From the IMG/VR virus record IMGVR_UViG_3300025592_000986: 64,000 nt of DNA. One strand, given 5' to 3'. Below the pieces are notes generated by a model, which ran no database searches, had not been told where the DNA came from, and was given only the letters and a program-made list of their open reading frames with translations. The position numbers were made by a program, and so were the translations under genes. This DNA comes from a virus. This document shows, piece after piece, positions 1 through 11,061 of this stretch (its first letter is position 1; each line of letters starts with the position of its first letter).

Positions 1-846
1 CGCTCCGAGGGCGGGTATGTTCTTGAGTCGACCCCTCACAACGTTGTACAAGTACAATGTATTCAAGTTATCCTCGCCCGACATTAAAGAACTGCTAAGA
101 TAAAAACTGTTTCTATCGTCGGGAATCGAATCATCCCATCTGGCTTCTATCATAGGCCGTTTGTAGAAGAACTCAGTCGATCTAGAAAAGAATTTCTTTG
201 TGTAAAATGACCTGTTTTTTGAACCATCTTCGAACGTGCCAGACATTTTGAGCATCACGCCGTAATTCTCTCGATCTGGGTCTACTGTTGATTCTGCGAC
301 CAGCCATTCTTCGACTAACGCAGTAACATTTACGCTTAGGTTTTCTACCCCTTTTGTGAAAGTTTGTTTGTAATGTGGGAGATTTCTTCCAGCAGTATAC
401 CCCACCTCGTGAAAGTCCCCACCTTGCGCTACCCAACTAGTTGCCTGAGTTGGTTTAATCCAATTTGATGCAAACTCGTCAGAGTAACCCTCCATATCCA
501 ACCCAGGGCCTTCGTCCCAAGACTTTGAAATTGGCAATACAGCCATATCAAAATTCTTTGGAAGGGTCTGACCGTGAGGGGCGTTGAACACTCTAAGAAA
601 AAACTTCACGTTCCCAGACAACGGCAAGTCGCCGCTGTTCCTCTTCGTAAGGATGTCGGAAACTGGAAAATTTAATAACGCTCTCGATTTTTCAACTGAG
701 CTTGTTGATGCCTGGCCGAGAATAGAAAACACTTCCAAAACGTCAGAGGCCCCCATATTAGAACCCGTCCCCCTATTTATAAGGCCGTGCTTGAAGGCAT
801 TTGTGATTGTATTGTCCGCAGTGCAGAAAAATCTCTTAATCGCCAT
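1..846 (-). CDS. Partial virion/baseplate-associated protein with DNRLRE-like beta-sandwich features (runs off the window edge)
   Basis: Not in the ORF track. Manual translation from ATG at 846 (TAATG overlap with the upstream stop) is open for 282 codons: MAIKRFFCTADNTITNAFKHG...SRALLNFP...SWDEG...VTALVEEWL...NYGVML. Confidence 0.75.
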   Translation of the reverse strand, partial: MAIKRFFCTADNTITNAFKHGLINRGTGSNMGASDVLEVFSILGQASTSSVEKSRALLNFPVSDILTKRNSGDLPLSGNVKFFLRVFNAPHGQTLPKNFDMAVLPISKSWDEGPGLDMEGYSDEFASNWIKPTQATSWVAQGGDFHEVGYTAGRNLPHYKQTFTKGVENLSVNVTALVEEWLVAESTVDPDRENYGVMLKMSGTFEDGSKNRSFYTKKFFSRSTEFFYKRPMIEARWDDSIPDDRNSFYLSSSLMSGEDNLNTLYLYNVVRGRLKNIPALGA

Positions 847-2639
847 TATACAACCGTCCCTTTTATGTCCCTGTTCGGGTATTTCAACTCGAATATGTGG
901 GTTTCGGGCAAAGTTATAACTCTACCATCCAGGGAGGTGTTCCTTTCTACACTGAAAGAGACGCCAGAGTAGGGGTATCCGTTCTTGTTAATAACATCAA
1001 TTGAAATAACATCAAGAACTTGAGGGACTCTTTTCAACGCCTCATAGTACTCGGAGATGTATATAGGTTCTCCAATTTCTTTCTTAACGGTAAACAAATT
1101 TTTCAACTCTAGGTTTGCTGCACTTAATGCGTCAAACTTATTTTGGTCTCTTTTGACAATTATCTTGTACTCGACTCCATAGTTTATAATAAACGGATCA
1201 AGGATATCGATTGTATCACTAATCATTCTTGCACCGTTTAGCCAAGTTTTTAAGTTATTTTTCAAAGTTCTGTTTGATACTGCTAATTTACCTTCGGTAT
1301 CCTCCGACAATACGTAGAGATTCAAGTTCCTCTTGAAAGAATCTGCATCGCGAATGACAGTGCATCTCTTGATAGCGCCGAAGTTGCCAGGCATTGCATA
1401 AGTTAAATTAATGTAGTCCTGTTTTGTCACTGCCCTGTTTTGAGAGGAGAATGCACCCAGTGCCCGGATCTTGACCTCATCTACGGTCGGCAAACTAACA
1501 TCTCCCACTATCGGTTCTTCGTTCAAGACCTCTATTCCGTTTATTACATAATCACGAACAGACTTGTTTAGTATTGTCAGGTTATCAAACTCTGCCAAAA
1601 TCGAAGTCTTGTTCTTAACGGATCCTGCCGACGCATTGACAAACTCTTGTGTATTTTCTCTGTAAGATATTGACAGTACCGTATTCGCTGGAGCTACTCC
1701 AAGTTTGTCATTTGATGTAAGTTTCGTCGGATCAAAGGTTGCGTCAGATATGTGTGGGCGGGCATGCCTCTTTAACACAACACTGGAGGGGTCTGCGACA
1801 GAACCGCTTAAGTCTTGAATTGGAGATCCGTGGCCGAACTGCAAGATCGTGGAAGACCTGTTGTTCTCTACGGTATATCTTCTCGGTACTGTAACTGTTT
1901 TTAATAAATTAGGTATCCTGTCGGCGGAGAAGCCAGGGTTTGTAACCGGAACATACACTATTTCTTGAGTCAGGTCGTCCACTTGTGCGTATTCGTTTCC
2001 GTCTGAATCAATTACTGATAATATTTCCGAGACGTTTTCGCCCGGTACTTCAACTTTTAGGAATCTCTGGAACGCTCCCACAGTCTGCGTGTAGGTTTTT
2101 GTAACCCCAGAGACGACCCGGCCATCGGATTTAACCGCGTAATATGTAGGAGTGCCGTTGGTCTCATCAACTTGGGCCACGACGAATTCACTTGTGGCGA
2201 CGCTAAACCTCACGTCATCCAATAAAGTAAAAACTGCGCCGGTGTCACTGGAGACCTGACTACCTTTCTTTATAGCTGGTAAATAATTTAAGTCAGGCTC
2301 GGCTGTGTTCGGTATCGCAGGCACTAAACAAAAGAACTGACAGACGCCATAAGAGGATGGGGCTTTACTAAACTTATACCCCATAGCCCTGGACAGTTTT
2401 ATGACATTGTCATACTCTGCTGCCGTTTCTAGAAAGCTCTCATTTGCCTGATAGTCTAAATAGAACGACATTACGTCGCCAACGTAAGCAACTGTGTCAA
2501 TCATCAACGAACCGAACGAGGCCTCATTGAAGTCCTTATAAGAGTTCGGGTAATATCTTTTTGCGTGCTGCAAGAGAGATTGTCTTATAGAACTGTAATC
2601 TCTATCAGTGTAATTTATGGGAATAATTTTTTTAGCCAT
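846..2639 (-). CDS. Baseplate wedge subunit (T4 gp6 / baseplate J-like)
   Basis: N-terminal INYTDRDYSSIRQSL...DFNEASFGSLMID...QANESFLETA and QNRAVTKQDY motifs typical of gp6-like wedges; adjacent to a gp25-like gene. Confidence 0.85.
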   Translation of the reverse strand: MAKKIIPINYTDRDYSSIRQSLLQHAKRYYPNSYKDFNEASFGSLMIDTVAYVGDVMSFYLDYQANESFLETAAEYDNVIKLSRAMGYKFSKAPSSYGVCQFFCLVPAIPNTAEPDLNYLPAIKKGSQVSSDTGAVFTLLDDVRFSVATSEFVVAQVDETNGTPTYYAVKSDGRVVSGVTKTYTQTVGAFQRFLKVEVPGENVSEILSVIDSDGNEYAQVDDLTQEIVYVPVTNPGFSADRIPNLLKTVTVPRRYTVENNRSSTILQFGHGSPIQDLSGSVADPSSVVLKRHARPHISDATFDPTKLTSNDKLGVAPANTVLSISYRENTQEFVNASAGSVKNKTSILAEFDNLTILNKSVRDYVINGIEVLNEEPIVGDVSLPTVDEVKIRALGAFSSQNRAVTKQDYINLTYAMPGNFGAIKRCTVIRDADSFKRNLNLYVLSEDTEGKLAVSNRTLKNNLKTWLNGARMISDTIDILDPFIINYGVEYKIIVKRDQNKFDALSAANLELKNLFTVKKEIGEPIYISEYYEALKRVPQVLDVISIDVINKNGYPYSGVSFSVERNTSLDGRVITLPETHIFELKYPNRDIKGTVV

Positions 2640-2653
2640 AGGAAATTTCCTCT

Positions 2654-3049
2654 CTAATAAATAGTTTCAGTCAAATTTATTGCGAGAGTATTGACATCAT
2701 CTGTTGGCAAAATAGTGTATGTGACGTGAATACCCAAAAAACTATCATCAGTTCTAAATGTTCCGTCTGGACCTTCGAACATAATTTCCTCTATCCTGAT
2801 GAAAGATAAATACTTTTTTACTTGAGTTCTTATTCTGGCGCTTATATCCCCGTAAAGCCCTTCGTCTATATTCCTGAATAGATAGTTTCTCAGGCCTACG
2901 CCAAAGGCTGGGTCCATAACCCTCTCTCCTGGCGATGTCAACACGATCATCTTCAAATTTTGCTGAACGGTTTCTTTTATCGTCTTTGTTAATCTATACC
3001 CGTCAGTCTTATCTAGTTGAAGTGGTAGTTTTGGTGCTATACCTGGCAT
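2654..3049 (-). CDS. Baseplate wedge / sheath-initiator protein (gp25/GPW family)
   Basis: QNLKMIVLTSPGERVMDPAFGVGLRNYLF is the gp25 signature; 131 aa. Confidence 0.9.
   Translation of the reverse strand: MPGIAPKLPLQLDKTDGYRLTKTIKETVQQNLKMIVLTSPGERVMDPAFGVGLRNYLFRNIDEGLYGDISARIRTQVKKYLSFIRIEEIMFEGPDGTFRTDDSFLGIHVTYTILPTDDVNTLAINLTETIY
2656..2665 (-). promoter_or_regulatory. Putative phage late promoter, ACTATTTATT, upstream of the baseplate wedge gene
   Basis: Exact copy of the motif, followed by a GAGAGG SD. Confidence 0.55.
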
Positions 3050-3050
3050 A

Positions 3051-6000
3051 TTATTCTTCCTCCTCGCAAATCTCTACCGGTAGTCCTGCCGGGTTTGCCC
3101 CTTCGACCGTGCAGTTTGCTTGTTTTTGTCTTCTTCCTGGCTCTTCGCCTGGTAAGTGTGGTAACGAAAGTGCTAAAAATCCAACTGGACCGAGAAATGG
3201 TCCGTACGCATTGCCTGATCTCTGGGAAACTGAGTTTACTGTATGGTTCACCGACTTTAATAAACTCGCTACACCTCGTCGGACTTTGCCTGCATTGGGC
3301 GGAAAGATGCCGCTGATTATCTGAAGTACAGACAAAGAAATATCAACGGGTGCTGCCAAAGTCAGTGGTGCAACTGTATTGTCATCGGTGTTTAAATATC
3401 CAGACGTGAATGATCTGCTCGAATTTGAAGATAAATATGGAGGACTCTTTATGGAGCCCCAAGACAACCCATCTCTCAACTTACAGGGGTCTCTGTCGTA
3501 TATCTTCTTCATCTGAGCGAATGCTGGGTCTACGAGTGCTGCCTGTCCCTTTATAGCGATTATAGGTGCCATTACCACCATCTTTGCTATCTGCGGAACC
3601 AGATCACCCAAGAGTGCTTCCGCTACGTTCCCAAAAGGACCAGAAGCGCCTTGGTTACCCTTCATCACAGCAGGATATTCATCGCCACTTATGAGGCCTT
3701 CATCGCCAGAACCTATAGATTTTTTGTTTTGCAGTATCCTGTACATAGATCTTATCGACCCTCTAGTCCCACCAAGAAAGTCTCTAAATCCACGTTTTGA
3801 ATCGAAAAAGTTTTCTTCATTTATAAAATACAGTGCAGCCATACGATTTAGTGGGAAAATCTCTTCGAATAACATTTTGACGTCGGAATTGTAGTCTTCG
3901 CTTATAATTTTTCCATCTTTCAATCCAAGTAAAGAGTTTATTAGTGTGTCCTCATATGAATTAAATACGTTCTCCGCTGTTTCTCTTGGCTGTATTCTGC
4001 TGTTTGTGTATATGGCAAAATTGCCCATACAATCAACAAGGTTTTCTACCTTTGCTAACTCAAATACAAAGTGTTCAAATTGATCGACTCTGACTGGTCC
4101 GAGCTTCATAGATGATAAATATTGAGAGTAATTAGACAGGTTTATTGGGATAGACCCACCCCCTTCGCCAATAACAACCTCTTTGCTAGACGTGCTACCA
4201 AAAATGCCGATGTCGCCTTGATATTCGTCGAAATTTGTAAACACAGGGGCGGTCAACTGAAACGTTTCATATCCAGGGATGTAAATCAATCGTAAACCAA
4301 CTACAGTATTTTCCAAAACATAATGCAGCGCATTTTGAAAACTTGTTCCGCTTTCATTGTTTATAAAATCCGGTGCGACTGGGGTGTTGAGAACCTCTAA
4401 CAGTTGTTCATACTCGCCAAGTGTCATTCTCCTGCTTAAAGCGAAGTGCAAGTCTGGATTAACTAATCTATTATCTCTTTGTCCATCTTGCCTTTTAGCA
4501 TAAAGCCTGTATCTGTTTTCGGACGAGTCTCTTTGACCGTTCGCGGTCGCCAAAGCATAATACAGAGCATCAATCGCTTTTGCCAAATAGTTTGGATCAT
4601 TTTGCGGTGGCTTTACATAAAAATACTGTTCTACCCTGAATTGTCCGTGAGGATTTTGCCGACCTAGGGTAGGATAGGATGAGTAGTCCAAGTACAAACT
4701 GTTAGGTCTGGAATCGCCAAAAATTTGAGAGCGGGACAAGACACTCTTGCTCGACTCATATTGATCAATTAATTGACTAAAGAATTCTTCTTTGTAAGAT
4801 GAGAACTCTGGTTCAAACAAATCCTCTGCCATTGTGATAACTTCCTGCTGAACGTCTTGCATTAGTTTAGCTATAACCGACACCAACGCATCCTTATTGT
4901 CAGATTGATTTGCTATTTTCTTAACTCTGTCATAAAAGTTTATCTTATATTGTTGAGAGTTTTGAAAATCTCTCTCAAGAGTCGTCTCCATATAATCATA
5001 TAGGTACTGTACAATAAAATCCTGACCTAGAATTTGTGAAGGTCTAAATCTAGAAAAAAGAAAGATACCCTTCAAAATAAACTCGATGACAAAAGTTCTG
5101 ATATACAAAAATACTAGTTGATCAGAAAAGCTTTCTTCGAGAGGGCCTGGTTTGCTGAAGTCTCTATTTATTGGATTATTTTCTTCCCTACTTAACGAAT
5201 CTTTATAGTCTTCCATTGCTTGTTGTCTTATCTTTTCGAAGTCTATTGGGCGATCTTTGTTCTTTATAAGACAAACCTTATCAGACCTTACATCTTCAAA
5301 ATACTTTTCGGAGATTCTTGTTGATAATTCGCTTATTTGTCCTACATTAAAGTATCTGGAAGTCGAGACGCTTTCGGCAATCTTGTCCATAAAGTTTTGA
5401 GACAACATTGTAAAATGAGAAAGTTCGTAGCTCGATTCATCTGTATCTCCGTATGAAATCGCTTTCCATAGAATTGAGTCAGTGTTCCAGTTTTTTAACA
5501 TTGGCTCTGTAAAGTATCTATTCTCCGCCAGGTCCCTGAAATATAGCCTGTTAATTTTTGATTCTTCCACGCTTTTCTCAAGGGAGTTCCTTACAAATTG
5601 CGCAAAGGCTTCTGGCCTTAAAAGCTTCTTTGTATCAGTGTTTTGCATATCCGGTGCAGACAATCTGAGGTCTCTTAATTGTTCAGACATCTCTTCGTGA
5701 TAATTGAAGGTCTGCATTTGTCTCAACTCACTTTCAAAAACGCGAGCAGGTCTATCAACCTGAAAGCAGTCCTCTGGAGTGTGGACGAAGAACTGATCTA
5801 CTATTTGACAATTGAATTGATCTTTAACACGATTGTCCACAACTGAATCAGTAAACTGCTCCAAATTATCTTGTGGAAACTTGGTTGTAGAGTTTATTCT
5901 ATATTGTAATTGTGGGCCTTGCTTTTCGAGGTCGTATGTCCCAGCAAGATCGAACGCTAATTCAAGAAGGCCAGTAAACTCTATGCCTGTAAACTTTGGA

Positions 6001-9000
6001 TATGGTCCAGAGGTTATTCCAACAAAGTTGTTTTTTGGCTCCAAAAGATAGTTCCTAAATGAGGGAAAGATACTCGCCTCCTGTCTGATGTTCTTTGAAG
6101 GGATTAGCATTATCTTTTCAAACAAGTCCGAGTCAATCTTGTCAGCTAAATTGAAAACTAAGTCAGGGGCTGGCTCTACATTTGTAACTCTCCCATTATC
6201 ATCAATAGTGATGACGCCTGGTTTTTTAATTTTGGTAAAATGATCATCGGCCGGATTTGGTTCTTCGACCTGACGGCGTACAAACTCGTGTTGTGCCATA
6301 CCAACGTGGTCATATTCTGGGTCATCTGGATTTAGCGGTCTTTGTGAAGCTTCATAAAATGTCGGGACATATCCAGATAGATCGTTGTCAAACACCATCT
6401 CTATGTTTCCAAACACGCCCTTAGAGGCCAATCCCGCCAGTTTGAGACTGTTTTCGTTCATATATGGGTTAGGCAAGCTTTGAGGCCCTAACTCCGCCAC
6501 AAGGGCATCCATAGGGTTCTTTTTGAGCAAACCTCTCATCGCCTCCCTTCTTGCAGATGCGTCGGCAAGCGCTCTTGATATTTCATCCTCAGATGCATTC
6601 GCTGACTCTAAGGTTTCTCTAAGAAGTATATCGCCAGCGCCGATATCATCTGGACATCGAACATCGCCTAACACTATGTCTGGGTTTTGTGAAATCTTGT
6701 TTAAAAGGTCATCACTTACAAAATCACCAACAGTTTCAAAAATTTCTTGAACGACTCCCGTATCTTGAACGTAATTCTTTAGGTCTGAGCAATCTGATTT
6801 TATTACAGTCAATATTATGCCTAGAGTGTCTTTGTCCGCGTTGCCGGTTAATAACGAGGATATCTCGTTTGGAGTCAAGGCCAAGGATATGCTTTCAAAT
6901 ATGTTAGCGATATTGGCCAGCATATTTGTTGGAACCCCAACTCTTTCAAAAGACTTTATTGCAACCGTCGTTATTCTCGCTACTTCGCTGGGGCCTGTGC
7001 CCCCGTACACTTGAGAGTTTGAAATGCTAGGCATCAAGTCTTTTGATAGTTTACCGTTTATGAGATCATTTATCTTTATGTCTCCAACGGCACCTCCAAG
7101 AAGATCTGGCGCGTTCTTCGATAACGTCTTTAAAATATCCCTGATCAACCCACTTAAGAGACTTGTAAGTATATCTGAAATCGCGACCTCTAGATTCTTA
7201 ACGATAAGTTTAATTGGATCAAACGTTGGGAGCTTTGGTATTTCAGGTATTTTAAAATCAAAATCCCATTCCGACAAAACCTCTTCCGCATTCACGTCGG
7301 GCAATATTTTAAGATAGTCTATAAACAGTGCCCAGAAATCGTACCTATCGAAAAACTCAGCAAACAACTCTCCAAGATCTGAGAAGTCCATATCGTAGTT
7401 CAGTTTGTCAGTCACAGAGTAGGCACCTTCAATTGCATTTTTATAAAGCGTATTCTTCGCGTTTAAAAACCCAGGGTCTAAATCAACATTTAAAGATTTG
7501 GAAACAAGGTTGATAGGACTATTCAACACCTGTCTTACGTCCACGTCTGCTAAATTAAAATCAATCTTCGGCGTAGGGTGATGGTGTTTCAACAGGAATG
7601 CGGACGCATTTCCATAACTACTGGGGCTTTGAGAGATCGATGTGTTGTTTGATTGAACATTTCTTTGCTTCTTCAACAGTGGTAATTGCATTAAGTAACT
7701 GACTGTCGTAGAGTTTGTAATCGGACTAGAGTTGAGAAAACTTTCAAATCCAGATGTTAAAACACCAGGCACATCGTTTAAAGACACCAGTGCGATTTTC
7801 TTTATTTTTGCACCAGCGAATCCCCCTATGCCCTCACCCGGTCTTATGGTCGGCTCATAAGATATCAATAACGTTCCAGAATTTTCCTTGCTTATTATAA
7901 AATCGTTATCTTTTGCCAACTTCTTTAGTTTACCAAGAAGTCGAGATAAACGATCGGCCTCCTTGTTCAATGACAAGTTCTCGGGCTTTATTTTAATTCC
8001 GGTTTCGGAGAATGACTTTACCTGTTTGTCGTACGACTTCATCAGTTTAATAGCAGCTTTGACATCCTGTTCAATATCTGAAATCTTGTACGGGATTGTC
8101 ACCGGAAAAGGCTCGAAGTCCATCCTTTTCTTTGCAAAATCTGCGGCTTCCTTCGCAGATTCTAGATCCACTAACTCAGATGCAGATTTTATCCCCAAAT
8201 CGTATTGTTGTCTCAGCATTGACAACTCTCTCTCATACTTCTTAAGAAACTTTTTTACAGCCAGAGCATCTCTAGACTTCTGGATTAGAGCGTCCTCATC
8301 ATAATTGCTTACATCCAAGCCTAGTGACTTTAACCTAAGCGCAACCTCTTCCAATACTGGGGCAATTTCCTCGTCTATATCCACCAGTTCAGTAAAGGCG
8401 GTAGTGCTTGTTATAGGGGCTCGCGGAATTAAGTCAAACATTTCTGTTCTAACACGAACAAGCGCTTTAAAGGTGGAGCTTGCGCGAGTCTCTGGTATGT
8501 ATATTTTTTTTACGGCTGCAAAGATGGGCTGGTCACCTTCTGCAGTGCTTTGGCCAAATAAAACATTGATGGATTTTCCCGACTCATCTGCACCTACCGT
8601 TTCAAGAATGTTTAGGTCGTCGACAGTTAAGACACACCTTGTGTTCTCTAGTGGTCTTTTTTGGTATTTGATTATGGGCAAGAACGCTTTTCCCGCATCT
8701 GTAGATAAGTCTACTTCCCACTGGGTTTCTTTATTATAATATTTGAACATTTCCCTTACGCCGCGAGCAAGGATATCAGTTCCGTTGTTCTTAAGGTACG
8801 ACTCGATGCTTGTGCCGCCGAGCTGGCTTCGAGTTACGCCGATTGAAGTAACAACGTAGTAATAATCTGGATCCTTAAACGGCTCGTTGACGACTTCTGA
8901 CGGTCTCAAGCTTTCTAATATATTGTCCGGTTCCAGAATCGCTTCTGGTGTTACTGATTCCAGTTCCCTCAAGACCGGATCAACACAGTCAGCAAGGGTG

Positions 9001-9419
9001 ATCCCCCCCTCTGGTAGCGTTACCGATGGTAGTGTGACTACAGTGTGAGGGTCACTGTAAAAGAAATCTGAGGTTAGGGGGCTCAGGCCAGCGACGGACA
9101 TTGCGCTAAATGTTGCTGGGCCAAGAGAACCAAGCTCAAAGTCAAATTCAGCAGGAGTATCTAGACTGCTGTTGTCGAGTGGTGACCAGCCCGCAATCTT
9201 ACTTATAGTATCAACGTTCTGCCTCTGCCACCTCATAAGGTGGCTTTTCGTGTCCGCGTCAAACAGGGCATTACTGTCAGGCAGTCCAAGAAACTTTTTT
9301 AGGACCAAAATATTAGTGTCTTTGGCTCCCATTGACAGAGGCAAGTGAAAGTTTACACTCGTACCGACGTCTGAAACGAGGAGAAAGTCTTTTTGAGTTA
9401 GTAGTTTTTTATTAATCAT
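3051..9419 (-). CDS. Large (2122 aa) putative virion structural protein with an N-terminal peptidoglycan-binding-like segment
   Basis: Lies inside the baseplate module. Residues ~28-105 (LSMGAKDTNILVLKKFLG...FDADTKSHLMRWQRQN...GSLGPATFSAM) resemble PG_binding_1. Confidence 0.6.
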   Translation of the reverse strand: MINKKLLTQKDFLLVSDVGTSVNFHLPLSMGAKDTNILVLKKFLGLPDSNALFDADTKSHLMRWQRQNVDTISKIAGWSPLDNSSLDTPAEFDFELGSLGPATFSAMSVAGLSPLTSDFFYSDPHTVVTLPSVTLPEGGITLADCVDPVLRELESVTPEAILEPDNILESLRPSEVVNEPFKDPDYYYVVTSIGVTRSQLGGTSIESYLKNNGTDILARGVREMFKYYNKETQWEVDLSTDAGKAFLPIIKYQKRPLENTRCVLTVDDLNILETVGADESGKSINVLFGQSTAEGDQPIFAAVKKIYIPETRASSTFKALVRVRTEMFDLIPRAPITSTTAFTELVDIDEEIAPVLEEVALRLKSLGLDVSNYDEDALIQKSRDALAVKKFLKKYERELSMLRQQYDLGIKSASELVDLESAKEAADFAKKRMDFEPFPVTIPYKISDIEQDVKAAIKLMKSYDKQVKSFSETGIKIKPENLSLNKEADRLSRLLGKLKKLAKDNDFIISKENSGTLLISYEPTIRPGEGIGGFAGAKIKKIALVSLNDVPGVLTSGFESFLNSSPITNSTTVSYLMQLPLLKKQRNVQSNNTSISQSPSSYGNASAFLLKHHHPTPKIDFNLADVDVRQVLNSPINLVSKSLNVDLDPGFLNAKNTLYKNAIEGAYSVTDKLNYDMDFSDLGELFAEFFDRYDFWALFIDYLKILPDVNAEEVLSEWDFDFKIPEIPKLPTFDPIKLIVKNLEVAISDILTSLLSGLIRDILKTLSKNAPDLLGGAVGDIKINDLINGKLSKDLMPSISNSQVYGGTGPSEVARITTVAIKSFERVGVPTNMLANIANIFESISLALTPNEISSLLTGNADKDTLGIILTVIKSDCSDLKNYVQDTGVVQEIFETVGDFVSDDLLNKISQNPDIVLGDVRCPDDIGAGDILLRETLESANASEDEISRALADASARREAMRGLLKKNPMDALVAELGPQSLPNPYMNENSLKLAGLASKGVFGNIEMVFDNDLSGYVPTFYEASQRPLNPDDPEYDHVGMAQHEFVRRQVEEPNPADDHFTKIKKPGVITIDDNGRVTNVEPAPDLVFNLADKIDSDLFEKIMLIPSKNIRQEASIFPSFRNYLLEPKNNFVGITSGPYPKFTGIEFTGLLELAFDLAGTYDLEKQGPQLQYRINSTTKFPQDNLEQFTDSVVDNRVKDQFNCQIVDQFFVHTPEDCFQVDRPARVFESELRQMQTFNYHEEMSEQLRDLRLSAPDMQNTDTKKLLRPEAFAQFVRNSLEKSVEESKINRLYFRDLAENRYFTEPMLKNWNTDSILWKAISYGDTDESSYELSHFTMLSQNFMDKIAESVSTSRYFNVGQISELSTRISEKYFEDVRSDKVCLIKNKDRPIDFEKIRQQAMEDYKDSLSREENNPINRDFSKPGPLEESFSDQLVFLYIRTFVIEFILKGIFLFSRFRPSQILGQDFIVQYLYDYMETTLERDFQNSQQYKINFYDRVKKIANQSDNKDALVSVIAKLMQDVQQEVITMAEDLFEPEFSSYKEEFFSQLIDQYESSKSVLSRSQIFGDSRPNSLYLDYSSYPTLGRQNPHGQFRVEQYFYVKPPQNDPNYLAKAIDALYYALATANGQRDSSENRYRLYAKRQDGQRDNRLVNPDLHFALSRRMTLGEYEQLLEVLNTPVAPDFINNESGTSFQNALHYVLENTVVGLRLIYIPGYETFQLTAPVFTNFDEYQGDIGIFGSTSSKEVVIGEGGGSIPINLSNYSQYLSSMKLGPVRVDQFEHFVFELAKVENLVDCMGNFAIYTNSRIQPRETAENVFNSYEDTLINSLLGLKDGKIISEDYNSDVKMLFEEIFPLNRMAALYFINEENFFDSKRGFRDFLGGTRGSIRSMYRILQNKKSIGSGDEGLISGDEYPAVMKGNQGASGPFGNVAEALLGDLVPQIAKMVVMAPIIAIKGQAALVDPAFAQMKKIYDRDPCKLRDGLSWGSIKSPPYLSSNSSRSFTSGYLNTDDNTVAPLTLAAPVDISLSVLQIISGIFPPNAGKVRRGVASLLKSVNHTVNSVSQRSGNAYGPFLGPVGFLALSLPHLPGEEPGRRQKQANCTVEGANPAGLPVEICEEEE

Positions 9420-9433
9420 AGTCTACAAAAAAT

Positions 9434-11044
9434 TCAATTTACGTTGTTGAATTTACTCCTTATCGAGCGTGCTGAGCCTTGTCTTAAATATTTCCATTTA
9501 AAAGAATTTATGTTCCATTTCATTGCAGAATTAGAAAAGGTCTCCACACTTACAAATTCAATAAGCGATGCGACGCACTGTGGTCCTCCGTTTGGAGATG
9601 GTAACGTCGGGACACCGTAAAACGGAGAAGGGTGAACGTGAGTGGACAGCGCTACGTCAAGTTGGGCTACGTTATTTACAGTAGTCTGCAGCGCTCCAAC
9701 CAAAGAATCAACGATGTTGGCAAGATCGTTGATGCATTCTGCAGTGTTGTCGCCAAGTGTCATTGGCTGGAGGTTTTTGTCATCGTTGTTTGCTATGATG
9801 TCGACGCCGCGTATCTTCTTAATTCTACCACCCTGCGAATTCATCTTATCCGTTTTAGTGACGAGTTTTATACCCTCGTTGGCCACCAACCTCACTGAAT
9901 CTGCCTTTATGCCCACTGCCGATCTCGCCTCGCTACTTCCAATCGTGCCTTCAACTATATTAAAGTAGGAATCGATATCAGACTTTTGAGAAATGTATAT
10001 TCTAGCTGCATCAACAAGGGTACCATATTCAGTTTCCACAGGCACAAACATCGGTGAAACTTCTAGAGGTGAGTCTTTGTCGTCTACTGCTCTAGGGCTC
10101 GGTGACATTCGACCGCATACTATGTCTATTGCTGCTGCTTGGGAATTGCCCTTACCACCGTAACCAGATGTCAATACAGAGTTCCTGTCCCTAGTCAATA
10201 CTATTGAAGCATTGTTGCTATTTGATATTATCTTATCTCCCTTGAACGGTTTGAAATTTGGCACCGGCTCGGCCATATGATCGCCGGCGACCCCCTTTCT
10301 TCCGTCAGAAGCGTCTTTAGCTCCGACTGAGCCTTGTTTTGAAAAACCAGGCATACCGGTCAAATCAATCAAGGGTTTAGTGCTGGGTAATATACCAGTA
10401 GCCCGATTGAGAAGACGGCCATAAGTGGCATTAATCGTAGAGTCTATCGAATGTCTGGACAGCGCCTCTTGGTTTAGATCTAAATCTGCTTCAATGTCTG
10501 TCGGTATCAGGCTGTCTGCAGTGTCCGGTGCTCGGGTTGAGTATTCTACACCACTGATAGTAGATATCGATCCATCTAACCCCTGCCGCAATTGAACCGT
10601 CTCCGTATCCGAACACTCTTCTTCGGTGTCAGGACGCTGGTTGGCGACACCTGAAAGTCCAGATTGTTTAATGAACTCATTATACCCTTGCAGAGATAGT
10701 CGGATCTCTGCTGGCGAGGCAACCGAGAGAGTGTTTTGCTGAACATATTCTTCGAATGTGACTATTGAAGATGACGCTGATGGATTAAATGTTGTGCTCT
10801 TTTCTCTTAATTTCCCGCTGGAGTTGAACTTATTTTTGGTTATGTTTCCTGAAAACCCCTGAGTTGATATATCGATATTCAAGTATTTCGAATTTATCCA
10901 GTCGTAGGCCTCGCGTAAGGTCTCTTCGGACGGCTTCCTCTGTATCTCGTAAGTCTCAAATACCGCTCCGGTGTGTCGCCCCAAGATGCGGACCAACACA
11001 GACTCGTAATTGTTGTTCTCAATGTGTGCTCTAACCGTAAGCAT
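9434..11044 (-). CDS. Putative baseplate spike / gp5-like C-terminal protein
   Basis: Beta-rich C-terminal half with a near-terminal THVHP (HxH) apex-like motif; sits between the hub and wedge genes. Confidence 0.6.
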   Translation of the reverse strand: MLTVRAHIENNNYESVLVRILGRHTGAVFETYEIQRKPSEETLREAYDWINSKYLNIDISTQGFSGNITKNKFNSSGKLREKSTTFNPSASSSIVTFEEYVQQNTLSVASPAEIRLSLQGYNEFIKQSGLSGVANQRPDTEEECSDTETVQLRQGLDGSISTISGVEYSTRAPDTADSLIPTDIEADLDLNQEALSRHSIDSTINATYGRLLNRATGILPSTKPLIDLTGMPGFSKQGSVGAKDASDGRKGVAGDHMAEPVPNFKPFKGDKIISNSNNASIVLTRDRNSVLTSGYGGKGNSQAAAIDIVCGRMSPSPRAVDDKDSPLEVSPMFVPVETEYGTLVDAARIYISQKSDIDSYFNIVEGTIGSSEARSAVGIKADSVRLVANEGIKLVTKTDKMNSQGGRIKKIRGVDIIANNDDKNLQPMTLGDNTAECINDLANIVDSLVGALQTTVNNVAQLDVALSTHVHPSPFYGVPTLPSPNGGPQCVASLIEFVSVETFSNSAMKWNINSFKWKYLRQGSARSIRSKFNNVN

Positions 11045-11061
11045 TTAGTTTATCACCATTC

